Source: Tubiluchus corallicola (lineage: Eukaryota; Animalia; Priapulida). Taken from it: 64,000 nt of DNA. Under the pieces are notes generated by a model. That model saw only the letters and a list, made by a program, of their open reading frames with translations, made no database searches and was not told where the DNA came from. Location: positions 1 through 64,000 of the forward strand of contig JAQGDQ010000062.1 in NCBI GenBank assembly GCA_030141605.1, given 5' to 3'. Below, piece after piece: positions 26,283 to 40,804 of this stretch. The stretch's first letter is position 1. Each line of letters begins with the position of its first letter. The translations under genes and the position numbers were made by a program.

Positions 26283-28017
26283 TGATTTTTTTCGAATTTT
26301 TTTTGCTCAAACAGCCTGCAGAAAAAAACGTTCTGACGGCACCTGGTGGGACTCTCGAAGGGAGATATACAGCTCTTTAGAAAGAGGAAGAACAGGGCTA
26401 TACGATGATGTGGGCTATATTAGGACACGTCCATCAAGAGCAGTGACGACGAGTTAATTAGATGTTCTATTTTTGGCAATTTTCGCTTGGAAAACTGCTG
26501 GCGCAAAGCCATTGTTGTGACGTCATCCATTATACTCTGCCTGTAACTTTAATTCAGTGAAAGCTTCTGGCTTTGCGTTAGATAAACAGACAAACAGTAG
26601 GCAGGATGTTACGGGCTTTGCATTATACATGAGAACTAGGTAGGATGTTCGCGTATTATTGATTATACGTGGTTTTTTACGCAAAATCTTTTGCGGGGCC
26701 TTATTATGTAAGTGCTATTATCATAAGTTCATGTGGAAGCAAAAATAGATCGTGTTACATAAGTAAGGATGCATTGTGAAACTTTACTTGCAACTTTTCT
26801 GTCATGATGTTTTAATACATATATAATATATAAAGTAAATGTTTCTATATATTATCTCTATTAATTTTATATATATATAAGATTCGAGGCTACAGCTCCG
26901 ACGAGGGCACCATTTGAGGCGATCTATACATCAAACGAAAGGTCTCGATCTAGTGTTGTGCCATTGATGGTTTATTTTTCGAATTGGGCCCACCGGAAGG
27001 AAGGGGGGGGCGAAAAACCTCCAAAAATGGCCATTTTTCGGCCGTTTTTTGCAAAACTTATACCTCTTATTTCTGAAGAACGGGAGCGGGCCATGGGCGG
27101 TGCTGACTATGGATAGATAGCCCGTTCAGCGGTGGGTGTAGTAGGCATATTTAAAATTCGCGAGAGGGCCACGGCGTCCCGCAACGGGCGTTTTCCCGGA
27201 CCCAACTCGCGATTTTTTCGAAATTTTGACCAAACAGCCTGCGGAAAAAACGGTCTAGCGGCGCCTGGTGGGACTCTCGGAAGGAGATATATAGCTCCTT
27301 ACAAAGAGGAAGAACAGGGCTACACAATGACGTGGGTTATATTTTAGGGCAGGTCCACCGAGAGGAGTATCAACGAGTTAATTATGTGTTCTATTTCCGA
27401 CAATTTTCGCTTAGAAAACTGCTGACACAAAGCCATTGTAGTGACGTCATCCATTGTACTCTGTCTATAATCTTATAACTTTAATTCAGTAAAAGCTACA
27501 GGCTTTGCGTTAGTTAAACAAACAGTAGGCATGATGTTACGGGCTTTATATATATATATATTTATTTATTTATTTATATATAAGATTCGAGGCTACAGCC
27601 CCGACGAGGGCACCATTTGCGGCGATCTATACATCAAACGAAAGGTCTCGATCTAGTGTTGTGCCATTGATGGTTTATTTTTCGAATTGGGCCCACCGGA
27701 AGGAAGGGGGGGGCGAAAAACCTCCAAAAATGGCCATTTTTCGGCCGTTTTTTGCAAAACTTATACCTCTTATTTCTGAAGAACGGGAACGGGCCATGGG
27801 TGGTGCTGACTATGGATAGATAGCCCGTTCAGCGGTGGGTGGAAAACTGCTGACGCAAAGCCATTGTTCTGACGTCACCATTATACTCTGCTTATAACTT
27901 TAATTCAGTAAAAGATGCTACTGGCTTTGCGTTATAAATGAGGATTATGTAGGATGTTCACGTATTTTTGATTGTACGTGTATTTTTTCGCAAATTTTTT
28001 TGCGGGGCCTTTGCTAG
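26283..28017 (+). mobile_element. Tandem array of three non-autonomous Helitron-like copies
   Basis: Units start TATATATAAGATTCGAGG (~26872 and ~27575; offset 703 bp, first ~260 bp near-identical), with a 5'-truncated copy at 26283-26700. The 3' end has a CGCAAA-N-TTTGCG hairpin followed by CTAG|T at 28014-28018. Confidence 0.75.
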
Positions 28018-28289
28018 TAAATAATTAACCATGAAAGCTATGCATTTTGACAATAATCAGTTTTAAGGAGCAAAACACTGATTCTGATTTAAAACCACAT
28101 TTGAATGTTTTGTATGCTTAATACTCTATAATACAGTCTGTAAAGTAGAATCTGTCTCATACTTGTTGCTGCATCTGATCCTTGTTTTTTGCCTCAGTGA
28201 TCTGCTGGTTTATTAAGATTTTGCAATAGCAGAATCTTCTTGTAACTCAGTTTATTCATTATTCTCCGCTACGACACTTAACAACTTCA

Positions 28290-29330
28290 AAACCACACTA
28301 CCTAGAGTCACCAAACTTGCAGGGTAGACACCTGAAGTAAGGGCACAGATGTTGGCGTCGGTAGCGTTGACTTCGGTTGACGTCAGCGGGTCAAGGACAC
28401 TGGTCATCGGGTGTTTTTTCGATTATCATTCAATTCCTCCTACGGCTTTAAGTTAAAAATGTTTTCTACAGGTATTTAGGTCTTGTGAAGTAGATGTGCA
28501 CTGGGTATTTTTCAGAAATTGGAGTATGGGAAAGTTTCGAGTTACGAGCCAAATTGTGAAAATTTGGGCAAACAGCTTTGTCGCTTAACTTCTCTTAGGA
28601 CTAGGAGTCTATGTTTATGCATGTATGGGTAGCCGGGCAGGTGCAGATGTGCGTTAAGTATTTTTCAAAAAGTGGCTGTGGCCAAGCCACGTGACATAGG
28701 CGAAAATATTAAAATGGATTCATGTCAATAACTCCAAATGTGCGGGAGCTAAAATCACGAAACTTGCAAGACAGGCGCCTAAGGCAGAGGCAGGCGTGGC
28801 ATAAGCATGGTGATCTCTAGGTCAATGTTCATAGGGTTAGGTGCCAATATATGAAAATTAGGGCAACTGGCTTTGTCACTCAAAATCACTTACAGTATTT
28901 GACAAGTAGTCTATGTCTTCTCATGTATGGATGGCCGTGTAATGGTATATGTGCATTAAGCATTATTAGAAAAGTAGGCATAGCTAGTCACGTGACATTG
29001 GCGAAAGTGCTAAAACGGAGTTTTCTCATATATCAGTTTTTGGATAGGCTCTATTTAGTCCCACAGTTTTTGGGCTAAGGCCAAAATTTTTGGTATGTGG
29101 CTAGATGAGCCCAAGTTCTTGTGCGTGACTGAATTCAGGTCATTTGGGCAGTGAAAAAATTTCCCGCTAGGGGCCAAAATCTGAAAATGACGGGGTTGTC
29201 ACAGGTGTTTTTTCCAGTGTTGAAGAATAGTGACTTGTAGTATACCAAATGAAAGGTCTCGACGAGGCAAGTTGAATGGTATAGGTTGGCCTGACGTTGG
29301 TTGACTAGTAAGTCGTTGACCAGATCGAGT
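28290..29330. mobile_element. Probable non-autonomous rolling-circle-type element with internal degenerate repeats
   Basis: Repeated AAACTTGCA.G..AG..CC and CACGTGACAT.GGCGAAA blocks; the GAAAGGTCTCGA motif is shared with the adjacent Helitron-like array. Confidence 0.45.
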
Positions 29331-31435
29331 TTATAAACATGATTTAGAGTCCTCACCACGATAAACTATATACAATATTTACAAAACATTTACAGTAAGA
29401 ATTGACTATACCTGCACAAGCTGCCAAGTGTTACTAAAAGATTACATTAGATATTAGTAACTAATGACAGTTAGAAAATATTAATGTACAAATATTTAAG
29501 ACTAACGCATTTCATATGAGATAGAAACTACTGGAAGCGTTTAGTACTAAACAATAGAATTATTAGTGTATTTCAGCTAATAAATTATTATCAACGACGT
29601 CGCTATTAAAATTTAAATTGACAGCTACACTAATAATAATAATAACAAAAAGATTGGTGCATAATATTAATATTTATAGTAGCTTTGCACGTTTACATCG
29701 TGTCAAATAACTGTGAGAAACTTTTCGTCTGTTGTTTGAGTTGCGAGTTTTATTAATTTTCTAAGAATGACGTTAAATAAACACGGTTCGTAAAGTGACT
29801 TTATTGGGCGCTTTTTGCAGTTTTTTTTACTCGCAAAATCTGCAATTAACAGCAGCTACTATAACCTTTAATGTTGTTGGCGGGATCACACTCATGTTTG
29901 TCAGAAAAGATAATCCTACAAATTTGACATTGAGCCGGCGGGGATGTCTTGTCACTTGCTTATGCAACTGTAAAGAAAGGGACGAAATCTGAAGAAAAAT
30001 TTGATACTTTAAAAGAGGGGAAGCACTGAATGTCCGAGGTTCCTGAATTACCCTTTCTTTACTAACCAAAACCCAAAAAGCTTGAACAAAAACAGATACG
30101 CATTTATATGTAGACCACTGTATTTCTTGTGTTTAATAACTACCAAAAATAGAGAAACGATTAATTGCAATGCTAACATATGTATTTTACATATTTACAT
30201 ACACAAAACAGCGGTGAAAACAAACAAACAATATTAAACAGTGCAATTATCTATGTAAACTATTCAAGATAATCTATAATTAAGCTGTCTAAACGGGGGT
30301 AATGTTCTGCGTTCTCTATGACACAGTATCTACACATTACAAATGAGTTAGTTTAACAGAAGGCTTTTATAACATTCGATATTCATTACACCTAAAAATA
30401 GGTGAGGTACAAGTTTAAGATCACGTATGCCATGTTACCTTTGTAAGGTCAAAACTACCTATGAATGCTGCTTCGACAAGTGTTTGAAATCGTGACTGTA
30501 TCACACTTGCAACAGTTCGCGACAACCACCTTTTTCAAATAGATAATTAGCGAAGGGGGGGGGCAATTAGGCAAGAAGACACCGCAACAGTCTCATCCAG
30601 TCATTCACTAACTAGTCACTGCGCTGCACAACTGTCATAGTCAAACGAACAGCATGATCACCCAGTCGCCTTCTCATTACCATTTTCAATCTTTGGCACT
30701 ATCACAGCAACAGCGAATGGCAGTTGTGGTGGCAGCGGCTGCAGGAGTAGCGGCGGTAGTAGCAGCGATGGCAAACAATCAGCTAAAATTACAAGAGAGG
30801 AAATCTTATACCGCGCTACATTTGAGCAATGAGCAAAATGTATAAAACGTTAGTTGGTTTTCTCTTACCAACAACAGCATTATACGCAACTTAAACCTTG
30901 CCAACTTATTCATTCTGTAACATCGTTATTAGACACGAAATCTCCAATCTCCACGTGAGTACTTTATAAGTTTGGATAACAAAGCAAAATGAAAAGATGT
31001 ATTGTACTTGATACACAAAAAGGATAAGAGCGATTTGAAGAGAATGAAGGAAGAGAGTGCATATATTGAATATGCCTACTGGCTACACACATTCAATGCG
31101 CTTGAACAATAAAACAACTAGGGAAGTCAATGGCTATTGTAATAATTTCAATTAGAAATACGAAGCAAGACAATATGTGTCGTCTAGGGGATATTAATGA
31201 TAAGAGATGGTGCTTATAAATTTGTGATCAACATTGATGATAGCATCTTGATGATAACTCAAAGCGTCTTGATGATAGCCAAGGGCAGAAGAGCTGATCT
31301 GTACATAAATCTTACTTTAGGCTGAAATTGACAGCAGCGAGCTAATAGGTGGAACAGAAGTAACAAATCACGGCGGAAATCTACGTGAAATTGTGATTAG
31401 TACATCAATACTTACATTTCATAAAGGAGTTAGAG

Positions 31436-31457
31436 GAGAGAGAGCGAGAGAGAGAGA

Positions 31458-31537
<80 letters not shown>
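31436..31537. repeat. (GA)n microsatellite
   Basis: Dinucleotide run. Confidence 0.98.
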
Positions 31538-32369
31538 TTTCCTTTTAGAGTTTTAGTGCCTATGACTTAAGGTTCGGAAAAATAAAAAATAAAAATGTAA
31601 GATTTGCAGAATGTTAATGGAAAGAAACGCATGGTTATTTAACCTGTTCGAGGGTCTTTGTACAACTCAATCAGCAAGCCACACCTAGACTATCATTAGA
31701 GTGCTATGCCTACTGAAAGCTTTGTAACCTTTAAGTCGAATCTGAGACACGAAAATTGACAAGAATCGCAAGAAGACTCGTAACATCAAGTAAAATCTGT
31801 TTTCGTAATTTTTAGTGACACTATCACTAAATGCAATTTGATGTTTTTGCTTACGATTACAGAATGCAAGCAGATCAGCACGTATTTATTACTTGTAATA
31901 TAATACTCCCACGTATGACATTGCAGAGATAATTATTATCATGGTCCCATGAGAAGCTTAACGTCAAAACATTTTTCAATACCTGTATACTTAACAAATC
32001 TAAAGAGATTATTGGCTTGGGAATTATGACATGGATACTCGACAGTTTGATGACAGCAGAGCTAATACGTATTTTGCTGCAAAGCTTTGATTGCTGCTCG
32101 GTAATAGAATAGGTACGTTTGACACCTATTCAATCTTACAAATTGGATTTAGACCATTTATATGATTAAATCTGAAAACTTGAAAAAGGCATATGCAAAG
32201 ACGTTTATGGTGACGAATGTTCGTAAATTACAATTGCTTTTGCAATGTTTGGTTCAGAGAACGTGTCAGAGAAAATCTCGCACATTTTTTCTTTAGTACA
32301 ATTGAAAAATTGACTTTCCTGCAGAGAAAGGGAAAAGAAAAATAGAAAGGGGAGGAGAAAAAGGGAGAA

Positions 32370-32409
32370 AGAGAGTGTGAGATAAGATATAAGTTAGAGA
32401 GAGAGGGAG

Positions 32410-32460
<51 letters not shown>

Positions 32461-32494
32461 TGTGAGATAAGATATAAGTTAGAGAGAGAGGGAG

Positions 32495-32546
<52 letters not shown>

Positions 32547-32572
32547 GATAAGATATAAGTTAGAGAGAGAGG

Positions 32573-32611
<39 letters not shown>

Positions 32612-32645
32612 TGTGAGATAAGATATAAGTTAGAGAGAGAGGGAG

Positions 32646-32705
<60 letters not shown>

Positions 32706-32740
32706 GATAAGATATGTTAGAGAGAGAGGGAGGAGAGAGA

Positions 32741-32784
<44 letters not shown>

Positions 32785-32818
32785 TGAGATAAGATATAAG
32801 TTAGAGAGAGAGAGAGAG
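32370..32818. repeat. Composite minisatellite: GTGAGATAAGATATAAGTTA + (GA)n, ~7 units
   Basis: A fixed 20-bp core separated by variable-length GA tracts. Confidence 0.95.
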
Positions 32819-33351
32819 TCCTAGTGTAGAATTTCAACCTGGAATTTTACAAATCTTGCATATTGTAACGATTTTACTCACTAATCAATTAACAGCCAAA
32901 TGACTTATTCTGTTTTATCAGAAGTTTAGTTGCCCGAATATGCTTAATTTATACCTTAAAATATTTAAGCAAAGTTTAGTTGCCATTTACTAAGAGCATT
33001 ATCGTGTAATGTAAGTGGCTCTCGAATTTTTCACTACTTGTTACACTTGACTTTTATCGAGATATGGTAATGGCATTAACCCGATAAATTCTTATTCATA
33101 AGGATTGGTGGCATTGTTACGCGCTAAGTATGCGATACAGAATGAGATTCGTGAATATTCTCATGAAGCTAAAAAATTTCGCCCTGAAAGTTTTACGAAA
33201 TTAAAGCGTGTTATATTATTCCATTTTGTCAAGAAACCACAGTAGTACACAGATTACTGGTATGCTAATACCAGTGCATCTGTGAGGTACTACGATTGTG
33301 AATATTCTCCCACAACTTTAAAATCAACGTGAAAATGCCCAGAATGAGTCC

Positions 33352-33400
33352 TTATTCTGGCGGTCACCCGCCAGGTTGGCCGTTACTTAACTTCAGTAAC
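33352..33400 (-). pseudogene. Short degenerate 5S-derived fragment
   Basis: GGCGGTCACCC...CGTTACTTAACTTCAGT resembles the copies at 25404-25595. Confidence 0.4.
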
Positions 33401-36400
33401 TAAGTACCCACAGTGGTCATTTGTCTTATCTTACTGAAGATTATACAATCTGCGTCACTCTAAGTATCAACCTGTATAAATACATCATGAATTTAACTGT
33501 AATACAATGAATGCATAGTAAATGCATTATTTACAATTGCTCAGAAAGTCTAAAGAGAGTTTCAATCGGTCTTCCGACTTGAACTCAGATCTTTAATATG
33601 AAGAGTGCTAACGCGAACCGTTATGTAGTAGAGAATTCACGCGTCTTTTTAAATAAGCCACAGAAATGTCACCGATAATGATTTGAATAATTATTATGCA
33701 TCTCGTGCAATTACGTGGTTTCGTATTGATGATGTTTTGTTGACACATAACACTTTGCACTATTGTTAACACCAAGATAAAAGATGTGCATTCTTTCTGC
33801 AGGCTACTCTAGAATATGTCCTGTCAGACGCTTTTTTCTTAAGCCTGTCCTCCGAAGTAAGACACTCGCGGAATAGTGCAAGCAGATTTGAAAGCCAATC
33901 TTTTGGGTTAGATGCCAATTTTAGCAAATGGGTACCCGAAAATGTTTATATGCTTACATTTCTGCGTTCTCCATGCGTTTAAACATAATACGGTTTTCAT
34001 ATTAGCGCACTAGTCTGTAATGGTTTAGTGTAAAAACAAAATATGCGTAGTTAATATCAATCCGATTCAAAAATAGTGCGAAAGCTTCTTAGTAGAATTC
34101 TTGTTTGAATAGTGAACCAATTATGGCAGTCAGGCATGCTATAACAACTATGGTATATACACGTGTGCTATTGTTATTGTACTGAGTACGGGTCGCAAAT
34201 TGAGCTTTCGACAGCAATGTTACTGAGGGTTCAGTATTTGTATCGAGAACAATACGTTGGCCAGGAGAGACTATTCTAGTGCTAAACTAGGAAGTTTAGA
34301 GCCGACAGCTATAACCAGTTTTAAAGACGCCTAGCGATGTATTTAAATATTCTCTTTTTTATGATTTGTTGTAGATTAAACTAATGAGTGTGACGTTATT
34401 ACAAAATTGTAGCCATTAACAAAATTTAATGGTACGATACCGATGATTCTGACTAATGACTTCTTGAAGGAATATGTGGACGAATGTGCATTGATTGGTC
34501 AGCGAATCGGCACCAGCATTGGGGAAGTTTTAAGGACATTTCGCACAGAAAACACCCAGCAAAATTTCTTGAGGAAAAATGCATGGTTTCCTTCCACTGT
34601 TTCTTATCGCACATTTCTCACAGCCACCTCACGTTGGGCGTTTTCGTCCCGAAAAATTTGCCGTCAGCTACAAGCTATGCGCACTGTTACAACTGATAAT
34701 GTAGTACCAAAAAATCAACGCATATTTTTAGTACACTTTTCTTATATTTTTTATATGGTAAAATAATTTTGATTTTTTGGAATATTGAGGTGGTGCGCAT
34801 TAGCCCTCCACTCACTGGCACCATAAATCTTTTCAATGCATTACCATCAGTCCCATGAGTAGGTAAAAATCTTTGCGCCAGTCAGTGAACCAATAGTTAT
34901 GAGATTAGTGGCTCATCGCTCTAATAACAACTAAATAAATTTGCGCTTAATAAAATGTCAATATTTGCCATATTATTATCACGAAGAGATGCTGTAAAGG
35001 CAGCGACCGGAAGGCATCTAATTGTTTTATCTTGTCCGCTACAGACCAGAAATACAATGAAATAGAAGAGCGTTTGAAGAAACCCGTCCGATTGACCGCC
35101 TGAACAATGCACAAATGATGCGTTTTAAAATTAAAAAATGTGAATTTGACATCGGGATAAGCAAAAAACACGATAGTTGTAAGGTCCAAGAAGGACGAGC
35201 GTAGCCTTGCTCAAACTGATCCAAAAACTTTTGTAAGAACAAACGTGAAAATAATTGAGTTAAAAGTTAAATGCGGGTTTTTACCAAATCAAGTAAATGT
35301 TTCAAAGAAACTTTAAAAACCATTACTGCCTTTTGAAGACACAAACAACTGGTTTCTCGCAGCGATCTTATTGATAAGCATTTATTATTTTTTATTTTGT
35401 TTTTCGTACCTATTGTCCTTTGTTTTGTTAGTGGGTATTCTCGTTTTAATGCCCAACAAGGTTTTAAAGATTTTAGATAATTATTAGTTAGTCTCGCCAA
35501 TCGACTGCGCATAAAAGGATAGCTTTTGCGATGTGAACATTGTTCATTCCCTTCACACTGCCGTAGAGATTATTTAATAATCGCCATATTTAATTATAAG
35601 TGTTAATGTCTCGGAATCACATAATAGTCAAACCTCGCATGTGCAAGCATATTTACACCATTACGGCGTACAATAGCTGCCCAATAATAATTATTAATGT
35701 TTTCACGATGGTATGTTATTGAGTGTAATTTGCTCATAACGAATACCTCGTCTGACTAGAAGGCTATTATATTATAACGCGGATAGCTTAAAATTACAGG
35801 CCGTATCGTGTCGTGTGTCCAAATTGTTGCACCTTTTCCAGAGATATTAATTTCGGCAGATCTAAATAAACGAGTAAAAAACGCATATATGAAAAAACGT
35901 TCCGAAGTTACAAACAACTGTAATAATTTGGGATATTCAAAAATACTACTAAGCAGGAAACAGATTTTAGAATGAAATGCATGACCTTAAGGGGTGGATC
36001 AAAAGTTAAAACTCAAAGGTAAATTAACAAGGAAAAACTAAAGAATCGCATAGTAATTCAGCGAGCAACCAGAATAAAAAGAAAACTACAAAAGCAAAAG
36101 TCGCAGATTTGACGGAAGCAAGCGTACCACCCGAAGTCACAACTCTAGTCAGGGAAGACATTGCTTGTCCAGAATTCCAGGAATGTTTGTTGTTAATTCG
36201 TTTCTGTTTCACCAAGTTAAATCAATTTAGATCAGGTGAATTGCAAATTTGGTCAGCCAGATGTGATCGCTATAATTTTTCATTGGGCATCGTTTTCGGC
36301 TGTATATTTGTTTTACTTTATGGAATTAGAACCGCAGAAAGGGCCATTCATCCTTTTTACGACTATTTGCACAACTCTTAAAGAGTTAAGCTATACTTAA

Positions 36401-36584
36401 TCAGAAGCTTTGCGCGTGTAATTAGCAACATGTCTGATACCGGAATTCAGGTTTATATTCAGGTTTACTAAGCTATGACTTTATATTTAAGTTGGTTTAT
36501 TTAACTGTAAGTTGGCAGACGAAGTTTATTTGTTTTTTGTTAATGTGCGGGACAGCGCAATGTCCGCGACACCCTATTTACGCG

Positions 36585-36842
36585 CGTTCAGACGTAGAGA
36601 CTTCTCTCGCAATTTTGCTGCACAACTTCTCTCTGAGAGTAAAGTTGCAACGTGTGAACGGTTTGGCAAGTTGCGAGAGGAGCTTCCAAGCCGTTCACAC
36701 GTACAACCATTTGCGAGAGAAGTTGCTAAGCCGTTCACACGTGCAACAAGTTGAGAGAGACGTTGCCAAGCCGTTCACTCGTACAACTTTACTCTCAGAG
36801 AGAAGTTCACAACAAAATGCTTGAGAAGTCTCTACGTCTGAA
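36585..36842. mobile_element. MITE with TTCAGACGTAGAGACTTCTC terminal inverted repeats and ~39-bp internal repeats
   Basis: TTCAGACGTAGAGACTTCTC ... GAGAAGTCTCTACGTCTGAA, with internal GCCAAGCCGTTCACACGT units. Confidence 0.8.
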
Positions 36843-38737
36843 TATCAGTGGCACCATAAGCAAGATTTAAAGATATTCTGTACCACTGTTGTTCCAGTAA
36901 TAGTTCGGCGGAGAGCGACATAGCTGTTGTACACAATTGCTGCAGACATTGTTGATATGTGATCATAATTGAATATGAAGGCTAAGTGATTCTGCAAATT
37001 CATAACCCAGACTATTGTTCGGGGTAAACCTCTCCTCATAAACCCTGCCTCTACTATTAGGTGACTGTGATGCGAAAACGAAGAAAACGAAGTTTGGTCA
37101 AGCTGGGCCTGCTTTGCCCTGCCTTCATATTTTATACTTTTTTTTGTAAATATCATTTTAATAAATGTTAAGTACTAAATAAATATCAAATAAAAATCGT
37201 TATTACCGACCATCAGCCGGAGGCACTTGCAGTTTTTTCAAAACTATCAGTTTTTGTCAGGAATTATGCAACCACTTAACACTTCCTGCCAAAGTTTGCA
37301 TCAGACAGGCGTAGACTATAAAATGGTTCACCTCTGCACCAATTTCGCTCGTCAGGGGACGATAATGTATAGGTAATAAATCCAAGTCTGGCTAAGAAAT
37401 GTCTGTTGAGCCATGATCTCATCATAAAAACAGATTTATGACTGAGGACTGAGAAAGCGAAGCACCATAAAAACACAAACACCCACATAAAGAGACATCT
37501 TTATTTACACTGGCGTTTCTGGCGTTTTAACATCTACATCAGCGTCATAGTTTCATTTAAAAGGACTATCGATGGTATCCGATTCCCTGGCACGTTACAT
37601 CCATCTACGTTTAGTTACGCCCCGCCGTTAGGTACAGCTTGCAGAATATCAGAATGCAAAAACATAGCTAAGGACAATTTTAAGTAAATTTTGGGAATAA
37701 AAGGTTATTGTATTTACGCTCTGCATAATATTGCATGCTGGACAAGACTGAGGCTTCCTGCAAACCATAACTTGTCTATGACTTATGTAACACTTTCAAC
37801 TGGAGTGCATTTGAAAAACTCATCAGTGCAGAATGGTTCTTCGTGAAATGATCTTTTTGCTTAAACGTTTAAGTCTCATTGCTCGTTCACAGGAGTGCTC
37901 TCATTCCGTCCTTCAATCTACAGTTTGTATCAGGTGTTGAGTTCAAGAATATTCAAGTTGGATCTTATGGTGCGTCTCTCGCGACTTGTTGCAACGTGTG
38001 AATGGCTTGCCAACTTCTCTCGGAGGTAACTTCCCTCGAATGAAACTATGACGCTGATGTAGATGTTAAAACGCCAGTTCGAATAAGGACGTAAATAAAG
38101 ATGTTTCTTCATGTGGGTGTTTGTGTTTTTATGAAGTTTCGTTTTCACAGTCCTCAGTCATAAATCTGTTTTTACGATGAGATCATGACTCACCAGACAT
38201 TTCCTAGCCACACTTGAATTTAATGCCTATACATATCGTACCTCGACGAGCGAAATTGCTGCAGAGGTGAACCACTTATAGTCTACGCCTGTCTGATGCA
38301 AACTTTGGCAGGAAGTGTTAAGTGGTAGCATAATCACTGACAAAAACTGATAGTTTTGAAAAAACTGCAAGTGCCTCCTGCTGATGGTCGGTAATAATGA
38401 TATTTATTTAGTACAATTTATTTAGTATTATTAAAATGATATTTACAAAAAAAGTATAAAATATGAAGGCAGGGCAAAACAGGCCCAGCTTGACCAAACT
38501 TCGTTTTCTTCGTTTTCGCATCACAGTCACCAAATAGTAGAGGCAGGGTTTATGAGGAGAGGTTTACCCCGAACAATAGTCTGGGTTATGAATTTGCAGA
38601 ATCACTTAGCCTTCATATTCAATTATGATCACATATCAACAATGTCTGCAGCAATTGTGTACAACAGCTATGTCTCTCTCCACCGAACTATTACTGAAAC
38701 AACAGTGGTACAGAATATCTTTAAATCTTGCCTATGG

Positions 38738-38961
38738 TGCGTTTAGACGTAGTGACTTCTGTTGCGCAACTTGTTACGCAACTTCTCTCTGAGAGTAAAG
38801 TTGTACGAGTGAACGGCTTGGCAACTTCTCTCTCAACTTGTTGTATGTGTGAGCGGCTTGGCAATTTCTCTCGCATCTTGTTATACGTGTGAACGGCTTG
38901 GCAGCTTCTCTTGCAACTTGCCAAACCGAGACGAGACGAGAAGTCTTTACGTCTGAACGCG
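38738..38961. mobile_element. Second, inverted copy of the same MITE
   Basis: GCGTTTAGACGTAGTGACTTC ... GAAGTCTTTACGTCTGAACGC. Confidence 0.8.
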
Positions 38962-40804
38962 TCATTAGAACGAAAGAAAGAAGACAAATAAGCTTGAGTG
39001 CACTCATACCTAAGTGACTTCCTATATACAAGTGTTTTCATGTTTGCATCCAGTGGGAACGTTCGCGCATGCAATTTATGTTAATGTGAATAGGGGAATA
39101 GGTGAATATAGGTGTTGGTAAAAGCTGACAATTAACACTAATGTGCAGCTAGAAGCTCTTATAGCTATGATAATAATGGCGTATAAATATTAATGAAGTG
39201 CCGCAATGCCTCAGCTAAAATGACTTCTCACGAGGATGAAGCGTTTCTATTCAAGCATCTGCTGCCATGATAAACTCGCTTAAGAAAGAGCCCACTGCCT
39301 ATGGGAAAACGTATGATTGCTCTTTTAAAATAATCAGAAACTGTCATTTTGAGAAAACTATTCATTCGGGTAGTTCTGCGTAGTATAATAATGACACACT
39401 GCATTCACGCATCATGCTGCTTTATTATTCAGCATATTTCTAAAATAAAACAGTTTTGCATACATGTGGAAACTGTAAAAAATGTAAACGGAATGCATGG
39501 AAATCACATAAGCAGCTGTGGAACTCGCCATCATTGTCACTTAAAAATAAGGGAAAACAGAAAACACTTTCCACGATCAATTCTTACTAAAGTCATTGCT
39601 AAGTTGCTAACAATGTACTGATCTGCATTTAGTGCAGCAACACCTGTATATGTGGCTTGTCTAATGATTTTTAATTTCCTTTCAAAAATGGATTAAAAAA
39701 TTCAGAAATTGTGAACGAATTTCATCACTAAGAGCGTTAGTAAGCAAGAAAGTTTTAATCAATTAAATTAAGAATTAACAATTTTTTCGAGAAATTGTTT
39801 TTTTTTTGTTTATTTTATTCTGACATGATTTTGTCAAACAATTTCACTCCAAAAGAGGTCTTCTAAGAGAGTTTGTCCTAGAAGTCTGATTTGAATTGCA
39901 CTTGTAGAGGAGTATGTGAAAAAAGCTCGATTTTTCATAAGTTTGTGGGAGAGACATCGGACTGGTTCTTAATTAAACAAATACGTGGGAGTGTATATAG
40001 TCTAGTATGGTTTTTATAGAGAAAGATGCATAACGCTTAAGTCTACGAGTTGATAATTAGAATGGTTTGCTGTTACTGAAACATATAATTTAGACTAAAT
40101 TTTGACTCTTAACAAAAACTTCATAACCATTGGATTAAAAAGGAGTGGCCACCCAAATAAAATTTATTCAATTCACAAGATTTGTCGCAATTACATAGTT
40201 ACTTCTTATAACAGCAGTAAACCTAATTATAGATACACATCAGCACATAACCAAATAAAAACTATTGAAGAAAGGGGGAAAAATTAACCTAACGAATTAG
40301 GCGGATCATATGACGTCTGCTTGTAGGAAAAGCAACCGTCAAATGCTCACCTGTACAAGGGTGACGAAGGAATTTATAGCTTTGGAATGAAGCCCGTATA
40401 AATAATTCAAGGTTAACTTAATTGAATGACTCTAGGTAAATTTGCAAAGGTTATAGAACCGGAATAAACTAGTTTGCAATGCTGTAAATGAAAGGTATAA
40501 TAGCAGAGTAGAACTCAATCACGGGAATCCGTGACAGAGTGGTGTAAACAATGTATTCCTAGGTTGTGGGAATCTGTGAGAAGAAAGCAGGATCCACGCG
40601 AAAAAATTTTGTGCGGCTGAGCTGTTGGCTGAGAAATTTTCTTCATAGGCAGATGGACATCCCCAAATATTTCTTTTTACTTTCATGCGTAACTAATACT
40701 GAAAAGTTTCAAAAACATGGGCAGAAAACAAAATTAGATTTTCTTTAAATTGCAGTTTTAATCTTTGGTAATGAGACCCAATGACTCTGACATCTTTTTT
40801 TCAG

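Larger units (their letters stand above)
36583..38961. repeat. Large inverted repeat (arms 36583-37557 and 38039-38961, ~480-bp spacer)
   Basis: The arms are reverse complements over ~0.95 kb. The near-identical ORFs 36845-37156(-) and 38552-38746(+) are a by-product. Confidence 0.95.

Noticed and set aside
29410-29431. Possible 22-nt minus-strand micro-exon upstream of the lectin exon
   Set aside because: Splice-like flanks only; its phase and content could not be tied to the lectin.
36845-38746. Duplicated ORF MRRGLPRTIVWVMNLQ... on both strands
   Set aside because: A consequence of the inverted repeat; no coding or splice evidence.
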